In this document: one piece after another, positions 8,122-15,982 of the stretch | How the letters are laid out: the number at the start of each line of letters is the position of its first letter | How positions within the stretch are numbered: position 1 is the first letter of the stretch | Origin: Acidimicrobiales bacterium | Lineage (GTDB): Bacteria; Actinomycetota; Acidimicrobiia; Acidimicrobiales; JBEIGA01 | NCBI GenBank assembly: GCA_040382135.1 | Contig: JBEIGA010000002.1 | Span: 1-45,499 of the forward strand | Length of the DNA: 45,499 bases | Direction of reading: 5' to 3' | Position numbers and translations under genes: made by a program | Notes under the pieces: generated by a model | What the model was told of the DNA's origin: nothing | What the model saw: only the letters and a program-made list of their open reading frames with translations | The model's database searches: none

Positions 8122-9006
8122 GTGACCGACCTGGCGTGGATCTCCACGTTCGTCGCGGTCGCGGTCGCGATAGCCGCCGGCGCGACCTGGTTCGGGACAC
8201 GGGCCGGCAGCGCCGTGCCGGTCGCGTTCGGGCAGCTGTTCGCCGCCGTGGAGGACCGGCGCACGTTCATGGGGCTACCCGTCATCCTCGCCGTCGCCCG
8301 CCGCAACCGATGGGTGCTGGTCATCGTCGTCTTCGCGAGCGCGCCGACGGTGGCGGCGCTGCTCGTCGCAGCCGCGGGTGCGCCGGTCGACCTGGGTGCG
8401 GCGGTGCGTCCGTGGAACGGCGACGTGGCCGGCGAGGCGCTGGTGACCTACGGCGTGATCGGCGCGGTCTTCGTCCTCGGGTGCCTCGGCTTCCTCCGGG
8501 TCGTCCGGACGGAGGTCGCCGCGGGCACGATCGAGACGCCGGCCGTGCTGCGCGGCCGCACCCGGCCGGACGTGGCCGCGCGGTTGGGCGCCGGTGCGTT
8601 CGTCGACGAGGGCGGGACCCTCGAGGAGCTGGGGTGGCGGGGTGTCCTGCTGCCGCTCCTGCTGCTCGAGCTGCACCGGGGCCCCGCCACGATCGTCGTC
8701 GCCCTGGTGTGGTGGGCGTGGCACCTGCCGCGGGAGGTCCCGGGATGGCGGCACCTGCCGTCGCGCCGGCGATGGGCGACGAACCAGGCGGTCTTCGTGG
8801 CCACGTGCGTCGGGTTGAGCGTGCTGTGCACCGAGGCGTTCCTGCGGACCGGGGGCAGCGCCTGGCCGGCGCTGCTGATCCACGGCGGCACCAACGTGTG
8901 GAGCAAGGCGCTGGGCGCCGGTCCCTCCGCCCGGTACGGCACGGACGTGCGCACCGTGGTCGTGTGCGTGCTGGCCGCGATCGTTGCGATCGGCTGGGTC
9001 TGGTGA
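8122..9006 (+). CDS. CPBP (CAAX/Abi) family intramembrane glutamic endopeptidase
   Basis: The start lies 1 nt after the upstream stop. Multi-TM protein with EELGWRG, WAWHLP and HGGTN motifs. Confidence 0.8.
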   Translation: MTDLAWISTFVAVAVAIAAGATWFGTRAGSAVPVAFGQLFAAVEDRRTFMGLPVILAVARRNRWVLVIVVFASAPTVAALLVAAAGAPVDLGAAVRPWNGDVAGEALVTYGVIGAVFVLGCLGFLRVVRTEVAAGTIETPAVLRGRTRPDVAARLGAGAFVDEGGTLEELGWRGVLLPLLLLELHRGPATIVVALVWWAWHLPREVPGWRHLPSRRRWATNQAVFVATCVGLSVLCTEAFLRTGGSAWPALLIHGGTNVWSKALGAGPSARYGTDVRTVVVCVLAAIVAIGWVW

Positions 9007-9028
9007 TCGGCACGCTGGGCCCCGTCCG

Positions 9029-9046
9029 GATTGTGCGATCGGCCAA
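9029..9046. promoter_or_regulatory. Candidate operator copy 2: GATTGTGCGATCGGCCAA
   Basis: Located in the 140-nt gap upstream of the transporter operon, 101 nt before ATG 9147. Shares GATTGTGC and GGCCAA at identical spacing with 4724-4741. Confidence 0.35.
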
Positions 9047-9146
9047 CGTGGCCCTGAGAAGTCTGTCGGTCCGTCCCATCGTCGGGGCTCAACGATGGCG
9101 CACCGGCCGACACCGTCCGCCGCCAACCGCGGAAAGGGGATGCTCG

Positions 9147-10520
9147 ATGCGGGCGCTCGCTCTGCTCACCGCCGTCGTCGTCACGATCGCCGCCTGCGGC
9201 ACGACCACCGACGACGCGGACCCGACCACACCGGCTCCCGAGACGACCGAGGCCGCCACGGGCGAACCGGCGACCACCGGACCCGCGACCACCGAACCGG
9301 CGGCGCCGATCCGGGGCGTCGACGGTGACATCGTCCGGGTCGGGTTCGTGGTGATCACGAACCAGGCCGCGGCGAGCGCCCAGGCGGGCGCCGAGGGCAT
9401 CACGACCATCGCCCAGGACGCCGCGGTGGACCTCATCGTCGACGACCTCAACAGCCGCGGCGGCCTCGGCGGGCTCACCGTCGAGCCGGTGCTGTTCGAG
9501 ATCGACGCCACGGCGGTGGTGGACCCCCAGACCGTCGTCCAGGCGTACTGTGCGACGTTCACCGAGGACAACGAGGTCTACGCCGTGCTCGCAGCCGGAG
9601 AGCCGTCGACCGAGCAGCGGGCGTGCCTCGACGAGGCGGGTGTACCCACCATCGTCGCCGGGGGCCCCATCACCTTCCTCGACGACGCCGCCTACGATTC
9701 CGCCCCGCTGCTCGTGAACGTCAGCGGCCTGTCCCTCGACGCGGTGGCGACGTCGCTCGTGGAGGGCCTCGACGGCATCGGCTGGTTCGAACCGGGAACG
9801 ACGGTCGGCGTGCTCCGCCTGCAGGACGACGCGTTCGACGCGGCCACGGCCGGGTCGCTCCTCCCGGCGCTCGAGGCCGCCGGCGTCACCGTCGCATCCG
9901 AGGTCGCCATCGCCGCCATCGCCAGCCAGGACGACATCGGTCGGGTGTCGACCGAAGCGCAGAGCGCGGTGCTCGAGATGAAGGACGCAGGCGTCGACCG
10001 CCTGCTCTTCTTCGAGTCGGGCGGCGCACTCCCGCTCTTCTTCCTCACCGCCGCGCGGGCGCAGCAGTTCGAGCCTGCCCTGGCGTTCAGCTCGACGAGC
10101 GGTGGCCAGACGATGGTGGACAACGTCGGGACCGGCGGGACGGGGATCGGCTGGCTGCCCCTCGTCGACCTGCCCGCCGACGGCCAGCTGTCGCTGCCGC
10201 CGCGGGCGCAGGAGTGCTTCGACCTCCTCGACCCCACCGGTGCCGCGTTCGTGACCGCCACGGCACAGAGCCAGGCGCTGTCGTTCTGCGACGTGGTCTG
10301 GCTGCTCGAGGCGGCCACCACCGAGGCCGGTCTCGTCGACGGCGCCGGGGTGATCGCCGCGATCGAATCGCTCGGCGACGGCTACGTCTCGGCGTCGCTC
10401 GACACGGTCAGCTTCGGGCCCGGTAAGCGCTATGGCGTCGCCGAGTACTCGATCGTCGAGTTCGACCCGGCCTGCGTCTGCAACGTGTACCGGAGCGACA
10501 CGCCGACGCCGGTGGGCTGA
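9147..10520 (+). CDS. ABC transporter substrate-binding lipoprotein, LivJ/type-1 periplasmic-binding-protein family
   Basis: ATG 9147 preceded by ggaaagggga. Signal peptide plus lipobox LLTAVVVTIAAC, a Thr/Pro/Glu linker, then VRVGFVVITNQ...IVDDLNSRGGLGG typical of Leu/Ile/Val-binding-type SBPs. Confidence 0.85.
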   Translation: MRALALLTAVVVTIAACGTTTDDADPTTPAPETTEAATGEPATTGPATTEPAAPIRGVDGDIVRVGFVVITNQAAASAQAGAEGITTIAQDAAVDLIVDDLNSRGGLGGLTVEPVLFEIDATAVVDPQTVVQAYCATFTEDNEVYAVLAAGEPSTEQRACLDEAGVPTIVAGGPITFLDDAAYDSAPLLVNVSGLSLDAVATSLVEGLDGIGWFEPGTTVGVLRLQDDAFDAATAGSLLPALEAAGVTVASEVAIAAIASQDDIGRVSTEAQSAVLEMKDAGVDRLLFFESGGALPLFFLTAARAQQFEPALAFSSTSGGQTMVDNVGTGGTGIGWLPLVDLPADGQLSLPPRAQECFDLLDPTGAAFVTATAQSQALSFCDVVWLLEAATTEAGLVDGAGVIAAIESLGDGYVSASLDTVSFGPGKRYGVAEYSIVEFDPACVCNVYRSDTPTPVG

Positions 10521-10521
10521 G

Positions 10522-11031
10522 GTGGATGAGCGGCGGCCACACCTCGGCGTGCGGTCGCTGCTCGCTCTCGTCGTGGTGTCGTTGACCAGTTCCTGCGCGG
10601 CGTTCTCGACCGACGGCCTCCAGCTCCGCCGGGACGACTCGATCGAGTTCGTCGCGCCGGACGACCAGGCCCGGGTCGAGACCCCGTTCGTGTTGCGTTG
10701 GACCGACGACGCCCGGCCGCCCGGCACCCGCTACGCCGTCGTGGTGAACCGGGTGCCGATGCCGCCGGGCGAAGGCCTCGACTGGTTCCTCGGCGACGAC
10801 GCGGCGTGCGATCGCCGTGACGACTGCCCGACCGAGGACGAGCTGCGCCTCCTCGGGGTCATCCTCACCGAAGAGTCGTGGGCTGAGGTCGTCGTCGTCC
10901 CGGACGACATCGGTGGTCGTGATGGCGGCGACGACGAGCTCACGGTGATCCGCATCGATGCCGACGGTCGGCGGGTCTCCGAAGCGGCGTTCCTCCGACG
11001 GCTCCAGGTGCAGCGCGGGCCGGGGCTGTGA
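10522..11031 (+). CDS. Small lipoprotein of unknown function inside the ABC operon
   Basis: GTG 10522 lies 1 nt after the SBP stop. Lipobox VVVSLTSSC. Its stop overlaps the next start (GTGA). No recognisable domain. Confidence 0.6.
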   Translation: MDERRPHLGVRSLLALVVVSLTSSCAAFSTDGLQLRRDDSIEFVAPDDQARVETPFVLRWTDDARPPGTRYAVVVNRVPMPPGEGLDWFLGDDAACDRRDDCPTEDELRLLGVILTEESWAEVVVVPDDIGGRDGGDDELTVIRIDADGRRVSEAAFLRRLQVQRGPGL

Positions 11032-13211
11032 CGACGCCCGGACCCGACGCCGAGCCGACCGGTCCGACCGCGGCGATCCGAGACCGCGCGCGGGAGGTCC
11101 TCGGCGTCACCGGCCGTTCCGACGCTGCGCCCCTCCGTGCCGTGATGCGAGAAGGCGCAGGGTGGTACCCGCTGGTCGCGATCAGCGCCCTCGTCGTCGC
11201 CACCGAGCTCTACGGCTTCGCCGTCGTCGTCCTCGGCCCGGACATCGCCCGCAGCCTCGGGATCTCGGCCTCGACCCTCGCGGCGCTGCTCTCGGCGAAG
11301 CTCCTCGCCGTCGCGGTGGCCACCCTGCCGATGGCGGCCCTCGTCCAGCACCGCGCCCGGCGGGCCGCCGTCTGCGTGGTGACCGCGTTCGTGTGGACCG
11401 CAGTCGCGGCGTTGACCGCGTTCGTGGTCGGGCCCTGGGGGCTGGCCCTGGTCCTCGTCGTCGACGGGCTCGCCACGGGCAGCGTGCGGGTGCTGCACCA
11501 ACCGTTGCTGATGGACTCCTACCCGACCGAGGGCCGGATGCGTGTGCTGTCGGCGTACCAGGCGGCGGCGACCGGCGGCAGCGTGCTCGCCCCGCTCGTG
11601 GTGGCGGCCCTGAGCGGGTGGGCCGCCCTGACCTGGCGGGGCACGATGCTCGCCGTCGCGTTGCTCTCGTTGGCCGCGGCCCTCGTCGCAGTCCGCCTGC
11701 GCGACCCCGGCGTCGGGCGCTGGGACACCGACCGGGTCCGGGCCGCCGTCCGCCACGATCCCGGGGCCGGCGTCGACGACCCGGTGCCCGAGGAGCATCG
11801 CCTCGGCTTCGGCGAGGTGGTGCAGCGGCTGCTGCTGATCCCGACGGTCCGCAGGGCGCTGGTCGCCCAGGCCGTGTTCGGACTGCTCCTCGTGCCGTAC
11901 ACGACCTTCCTGCTGTTCTTCCTCGACGAGCGGTGGGACTTCGACGCCTCCCAACGAGCGGTGTTCTTCGCGTCGACGTCGGTCGGGGGGATCGTCGCCC
12001 TGCGGTGGTTCGCGCCCCGCGCCGAGCGGCGGTTCCGCCGCAATCCCGCCGACCTCGTACGGCTGGCGTCGTGGCTGCTCCTCGCGAGCGTCCTGCTCGT
12101 CGTCCCCGCCGCGCTCAGCCCCGCGCTCGTGCCGATGGTGCTCCTCTTCGCATCGTCGAGCGCACTGGGCGCCACCGTCGGTCCGGCCCTGGCGATGACG
12201 ATGTTCTCGATCGTGCCTGCCCGGTTCCGCCCGCACCTTGCGGCACTCGGCGGCATCTACCTCGCCGGTGTCGGCGGGTTCGCCGGCGCCCTGCTGCTCG
12301 GCTCGCTGGACCGACGGTTCGGCGTCGCCGGCGCGCTCGTCGGCGTGGTGGCGCCCGGGGTCGTCGGCGCCCTCATCCTGCGCTCGGCGGCGAGCACCGT
12401 CGACGACGACCTCGACCGGATGATCGGGGAGCTGATCGAGGACGAGGCGGTCGCCGAGCGCCACCGGCGCGGTGCCGGCGACCGGCTGCTCGACTGCCGC
12501 AGGCTCGACTTCTCCTACGGCCAGGTGCAGGTGCTGTTCGGCGTCGACCTCCACGTCGAGGAGGGGGAGATCGTCGCCCTGCTCGGGACCAACGGCGCCG
12601 GCAAGTCCACCGTGCTCCGCGTGGTCAGCGGGCTCGGTCTGCCGAGCCGCGGCGCGGTCCGCTTCGACGGCCGCGACATCACGTGGATCGACGCCGAACG
12701 GCGCCTGGCGTTGGGGATCGTCCAGATCCCGGGCGGCCGGTCGGCGTTCGGGCCCATGACGGTGCTCGACAACCTCCTCATCCACGCCCACAGCCTCGGG
12801 CGGGGAGCGCGCGTCGATGCCCGACTGGAGCGCGCCTTCGAGGTGTTCCCGCGGCTGTACGAGCGGCGCCACCAGACGGCAGCGACCCTGTCGGGCGGCG
12901 AGCAGCAGATGCTCGCCCTGTCCAAGGCGGTGATCCTCGAACCGAGGTTGCTGCTCATCGACGAGCTGTCGCTCGGCCTCGCCCCGAAGGTCGTGGGGGA
13001 GCTGCTGGCATCGGTCCGGGAGATCCACCGTGCCGGCACGTCGATCGTCCTGGTCGAGCAGTCGGTGAACATCGCCCTCTCGGTCGCGACGCGCGCGTAC
13101 TTCATGGAGCGCGGCACCGTCCGCTTCGACGGACCGACGGCCGATCTCGTCGGCCGCAGCGATCTGCTGCGCTCGGTGTTCCTCGGTGGCGCGGCGGGTG
13201 ATGGGCCGTGA
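11028..13211 (+). CDS. Fusion protein: 12-TM MFS-like domain plus LivF-type ABC ATPase
   Basis: 727 aa. About 12 hydrophobic helices between aa 45 and 440 with a central charged loop. The NBD then shows Walker A GTNGAGKST, signature LSGGEQQ and Walker B LLLIDELSLGLAP. Confidence 0.85.
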   Translation: MTTPGPDAEPTGPTAAIRDRAREVLGVTGRSDAAPLRAVMREGAGWYPLVAISALVVATELYGFAVVVLGPDIARSLGISASTLAALLSAKLLAVAVATLPMAALVQHRARRAAVCVVTAFVWTAVAALTAFVVGPWGLALVLVVDGLATGSVRVLHQPLLMDSYPTEGRMRVLSAYQAAATGGSVLAPLVVAALSGWAALTWRGTMLAVALLSLAAALVAVRLRDPGVGRWDTDRVRAAVRHDPGAGVDDPVPEEHRLGFGEVVQRLLLIPTVRRALVAQAVFGLLLVPYTTFLLFFLDERWDFDASQRAVFFASTSVGGIVALRWFAPRAERRFRRNPADLVRLASWLLLASVLLVVPAALSPALVPMVLLFASSSALGATVGPALAMTMFSIVPARFRPHLAALGGIYLAGVGGFAGALLLGSLDRRFGVAGALVGVVAPGVVGALILRSAASTVDDDLDRMIGELIEDEAVAERHRRGAGDRLLDCRRLDFSYGQVQVLFGVDLHVEEGEIVALLGTNGAGKSTVLRVVSGLGLPSRGAVRFDGRDITWIDAERRLALGIVQIPGGRSAFGPMTVLDNLLIHAHSLGRGARVDARLERAFEVFPRLYERRHQTAATLSGGEQQMLALSKAVILEPRLLLIDELSLGLAPKVVGELLASVREIHRAGTSIVLVEQSVNIALSVATRAYFMERGTVRFDGPTADLVGRSDLLRSVFLGGAAGDGP

Positions 13212-15982
13212 TCGCCGTCGAGCTCCCGCTCGCCGTCACGGTGCAGGGCGCCCTGGTCGGAGCGATGTACGGCCTGCTCGGCGTCGGGCTCGTGCTCATC
13301 CACCGGTCGAACCGGGTGATCAACTTCGCGCAGGGTGAGCTGGGCGCGTTCGGGGCCGCGGTGTTCGCCCTCTTCGTGGCGCGGTGGCACCTCCCGTACT
13401 GGCTGATGCTGCCAGTAGCGATGGCGGTCGCCGGCGCCATCGGCGGTGTCGCCGAGGTCGGCGTCGTGCGGCGGCTGCGGTCCAGTCCGTCCATCCTCAC
13501 CGTCGTCGCGACCCTCGGTCTCGGCCAGTTCCTCCTGCTCGCTGCGAGGACGGTCAACCCGGACGCCGCGGCCGGCACCGCGTACCCGATGCCGCCATGG
13601 ATGCCGACGTTCGAGATCGGGTCGTTCCGCGTCGGGCCGGCGTACACGGCGATGGCGATCCTCGCGCCGGCGACGGTCGTCGGCCTGTCGCTGTTCCTCC
13701 GCCGCGGTCGGGTCGGGCGGGCGCTGCGGGCGTCGGCCGCGAACCCGGAGGCCGCCCGCCTCGACGGTGTGCGGGCCGCCCGCATGTCGACGTTGGCCTG
13801 GGTCCTCGCCGGAGCCCTCGCTGCCCTGACCGCGATCCTGGTGTCGCCGACGCGGGGGTTCGTCGCGGCCAGCGCGTTCGGGCCGTCGCTGCTCCTGCGG
13901 GCGCTCGTCGTCGCCGTGCTCGCCCGCATGGACCGGATCACGGTCTGCTTCTTCGCCGGTGTCGCTCTCGGGGTGGTGGAGCAGCAGGTCCTGTGGAACA
14001 CGGACACGTCCGGTGTGGTCGAGGTCGTCCTGTTCCTGGCCGTCATGGCCGCGCTGCCCTGGATGCGGACGCTCGGCACCCGTCGCTCGGGGACCGCGAG
14101 CTGGCTGACCGTCCGGCCGTGGCGGGCGACGCCGCGGGCGATCCGGGAGACGACGATCGGGCGGTGCCTCGCGCCGGTCACGACGGTGGTCGCATCGATG
14201 CTCGCGATCGGCGCCGTCCAGGTGATGACCAACTCGGCGGCGTACACGGTCGTGGCCATCACTGCGTTTGCGCTCGTCGGGCTGTCGGTGGCGGTCACGT
14301 CAGGGCTGCTGGGCGAGTTGTCGCTGGGGATGTTCGCGGTCGGTGGGGTCGGCGCCGTCGTGTCGATCCCGGTGGCGAACGACACCGGGAACTTCCTCCT
14401 CGCGTTCGCGGCGGCCGCGCTCGCCGGCGCCGTCGCCACCACGGTGATCGGCATCCCGGCGATGCGCTCCCCGGGTTCGCTGCTGACGGTGACGACCCTG
14501 GCGTTCGCGCTTGCGGCCCAGTTGTGGGGGTTCGGTCAGACGTGGGCGTTCGGGGACGGTCGCCGGCCCGGCCAACCGGTGATCGGCCCGTGGTCGATCG
14601 ACACGGGACGCACGTACGGCGTGTTCGCCATCGTGGTGTTCGTCGGCGCGCTTGCCGTCGCCTGGAACCTTCGACGGTCCGGGGTCGGCCGCCGGTACCG
14701 GGCGGTGCGCGACAACGCCGACGCGGCCCGCGCCTTCGCCCTCCCGGCGGTGCGCATCAAGGCCCACGGGTTGTTCGTCGGTGGTGCGTTCGCCGGCCTC
14801 GGCGGCGCCCTGTACGCGCACTCGTTGCCGACGGTCGGGGCGCAGAGCTTCCCGGTCGCCGCCAACGTCGACGTGGTTGCGATGGCGGCGCTCGGGGGCA
14901 TCGGCACGATGGGCGGCCCGGTGCTCGGGGCGTTGTACGTGATCGGCGTGCCGCGATTCGTGACGCTCGACAACGCCGGGCTCGCGGCGACCGCGCTCGG
15001 CTGGCTCCTGTTGCTGCTCTACGTCCCGGGAGGACTCATCCGCCTCGTGGCGCCGCTCCGACGGGGCGCGCTCGGGATCGCCGCCCGTCGGGCGGGGCTG
15101 GACGCCGCAGTGCTCGACGAGGGCGCCCCCGTTGCGTCGCCGCCGGGCCCGCGGCCCGGCTCGCTGCGCCTGTCCCGAGCAGCCGGCCCGGAGCCCGGCT
15201 CGGTGGTGCTGGCGGCGCACGGGTTGACGAAGCGCTTCGGCGGGTTGGTGGCGGTCGACGGTGTCGACCTGATGGTCCGGTCCGGGTCGATCGTAGGGCT
15301 GATCGGCGCCAACGGGGCGGGCAAGACGACGGTGTTCGAGATGCTCGGCGGGTTCACCCGGCCCGACGGGGGCACCGTCGAGTTCCGCGGCGTCGACATC
15401 ACCGCGCGGCGGCCGGAGCAGCGGGCGGCGGCCGGGTTGGTGCGCAGCTTCCAGGACGCGGCGCTGTTCCCGTCGTTGACGGTCACGGAGACGATCACCC
15501 TGGCGCTCGAGCGCAGTCTCCCGACGGCGACGCTCGGCGCCGCGGTGGGGGTCGACCGGCGACGCGGGATGCGCGACTCGACCGCTCGCGAGCTCGTCGC
15601 GGTGATGGGGCTCGAACCGTGGCAGGACATCGCCGTCGGTGAGCTGTCGACGGGGACGCGGCGCATCACGGAGCTGGCGTGCCTGATCGCGCTCGAGCCG
15701 ACGGTGCTCCTGCTGGACGAGCCCGCGGCCGGGCTGGCCCAGCGGGAGGTCGAGGCCCTCGGGGACCTCCTGCGGCGCATCCGCGACGATGCCGGCACGA
15801 CGCTGGTCGTCATCGAGCACGACATCCCGCTCATCATGGGGATCGCCGACGAGGTGGTGGCGATGGGTGCGGGGCGGGTGATCGCCACGGGTGATCCCGA
15901 GGCTGTCCGCGCGCACCCCGACGTCGTCTCGTCCTACCTCGGCGACGACACCGCGGCGGTCGAGCGGTCGGGGACGACGTGA
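13208..15982 (+). CDS. Fusion protein: LivH-like permease plus LivM-like permease plus LivG-type ATPase
   Basis: 924 aa. LivH-like N-terminus (VINFAQGELGAFGA), LivM-like middle (GELSLGMFAVGGVGA), and an NBD with GANGAGKTT, LSTGTRR and LLLDEPAAG. GTGA overlaps at both ends. Confidence 0.9.
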   Translation: MIAVELPLAVTVQGALVGAMYGLLGVGLVLIHRSNRVINFAQGELGAFGAAVFALFVARWHLPYWLMLPVAMAVAGAIGGVAEVGVVRRLRSSPSILTVVATLGLGQFLLLAARTVNPDAAAGTAYPMPPWMPTFEIGSFRVGPAYTAMAILAPATVVGLSLFLRRGRVGRALRASAANPEAARLDGVRAARMSTLAWVLAGALAALTAILVSPTRGFVAASAFGPSLLLRALVVAVLARMDRITVCFFAGVALGVVEQQVLWNTDTSGVVEVVLFLAVMAALPWMRTLGTRRSGTASWLTVRPWRATPRAIRETTIGRCLAPVTTVVASMLAIGAVQVMTNSAAYTVVAITAFALVGLSVAVTSGLLGELSLGMFAVGGVGAVVSIPVANDTGNFLLAFAAAALAGAVATTVIGIPAMRSPGSLLTVTTLAFALAAQLWGFGQTWAFGDGRRPGQPVIGPWSIDTGRTYGVFAIVVFVGALAVAWNLRRSGVGRRYRAVRDNADAARAFALPAVRIKAHGLFVGGAFAGLGGALYAHSLPTVGAQSFPVAANVDVVAMAALGGIGTMGGPVLGALYVIGVPRFVTLDNAGLAATALGWLLLLLYVPGGLIRLVAPLRRGALGIAARRAGLDAAVLDEGAPVASPPGPRPGSLRLSRAAGPEPGSVVLAAHGLTKRFGGLVAVDGVDLMVRSGSIVGLIGANGAGKTTVFEMLGGFTRPDGGTVEFRGVDITARRPEQRAAAGLVRSFQDAALFPSLTVTETITLALERSLPTATLGAAVGVDRRRGMRDSTARELVAVMGLEPWQDIAVGELSTGTRRITELACLIALEPTVLLLDEPAAGLAQREVEALGDLLRRIRDDAGTTLVVIEHDIPLIMGIADEVVAMGAGRVIATGDPEAVRAHPDVVSSYLGDDTAAVERSGTT

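Noticed and set aside
10731-13028. 765-aa minus-strand ORF antisense to the MFS-ATPase gene. Similar giants lie at 27715..30399 (-), 34116..37220 (-), 15934..17877 (-), 8448..10727 (-), 5887..7434 (-) and 13102..14454 (-).
   Set aside because: Their translations are Arg/Pro/Gly/Asp/His-rich low-complexity strings with no motifs. Each lies opposite a plus-strand ORF with clear family signatures and chained overlaps. This is the typical stop-codon-poor shadow-ORF effect of high-GC DNA.
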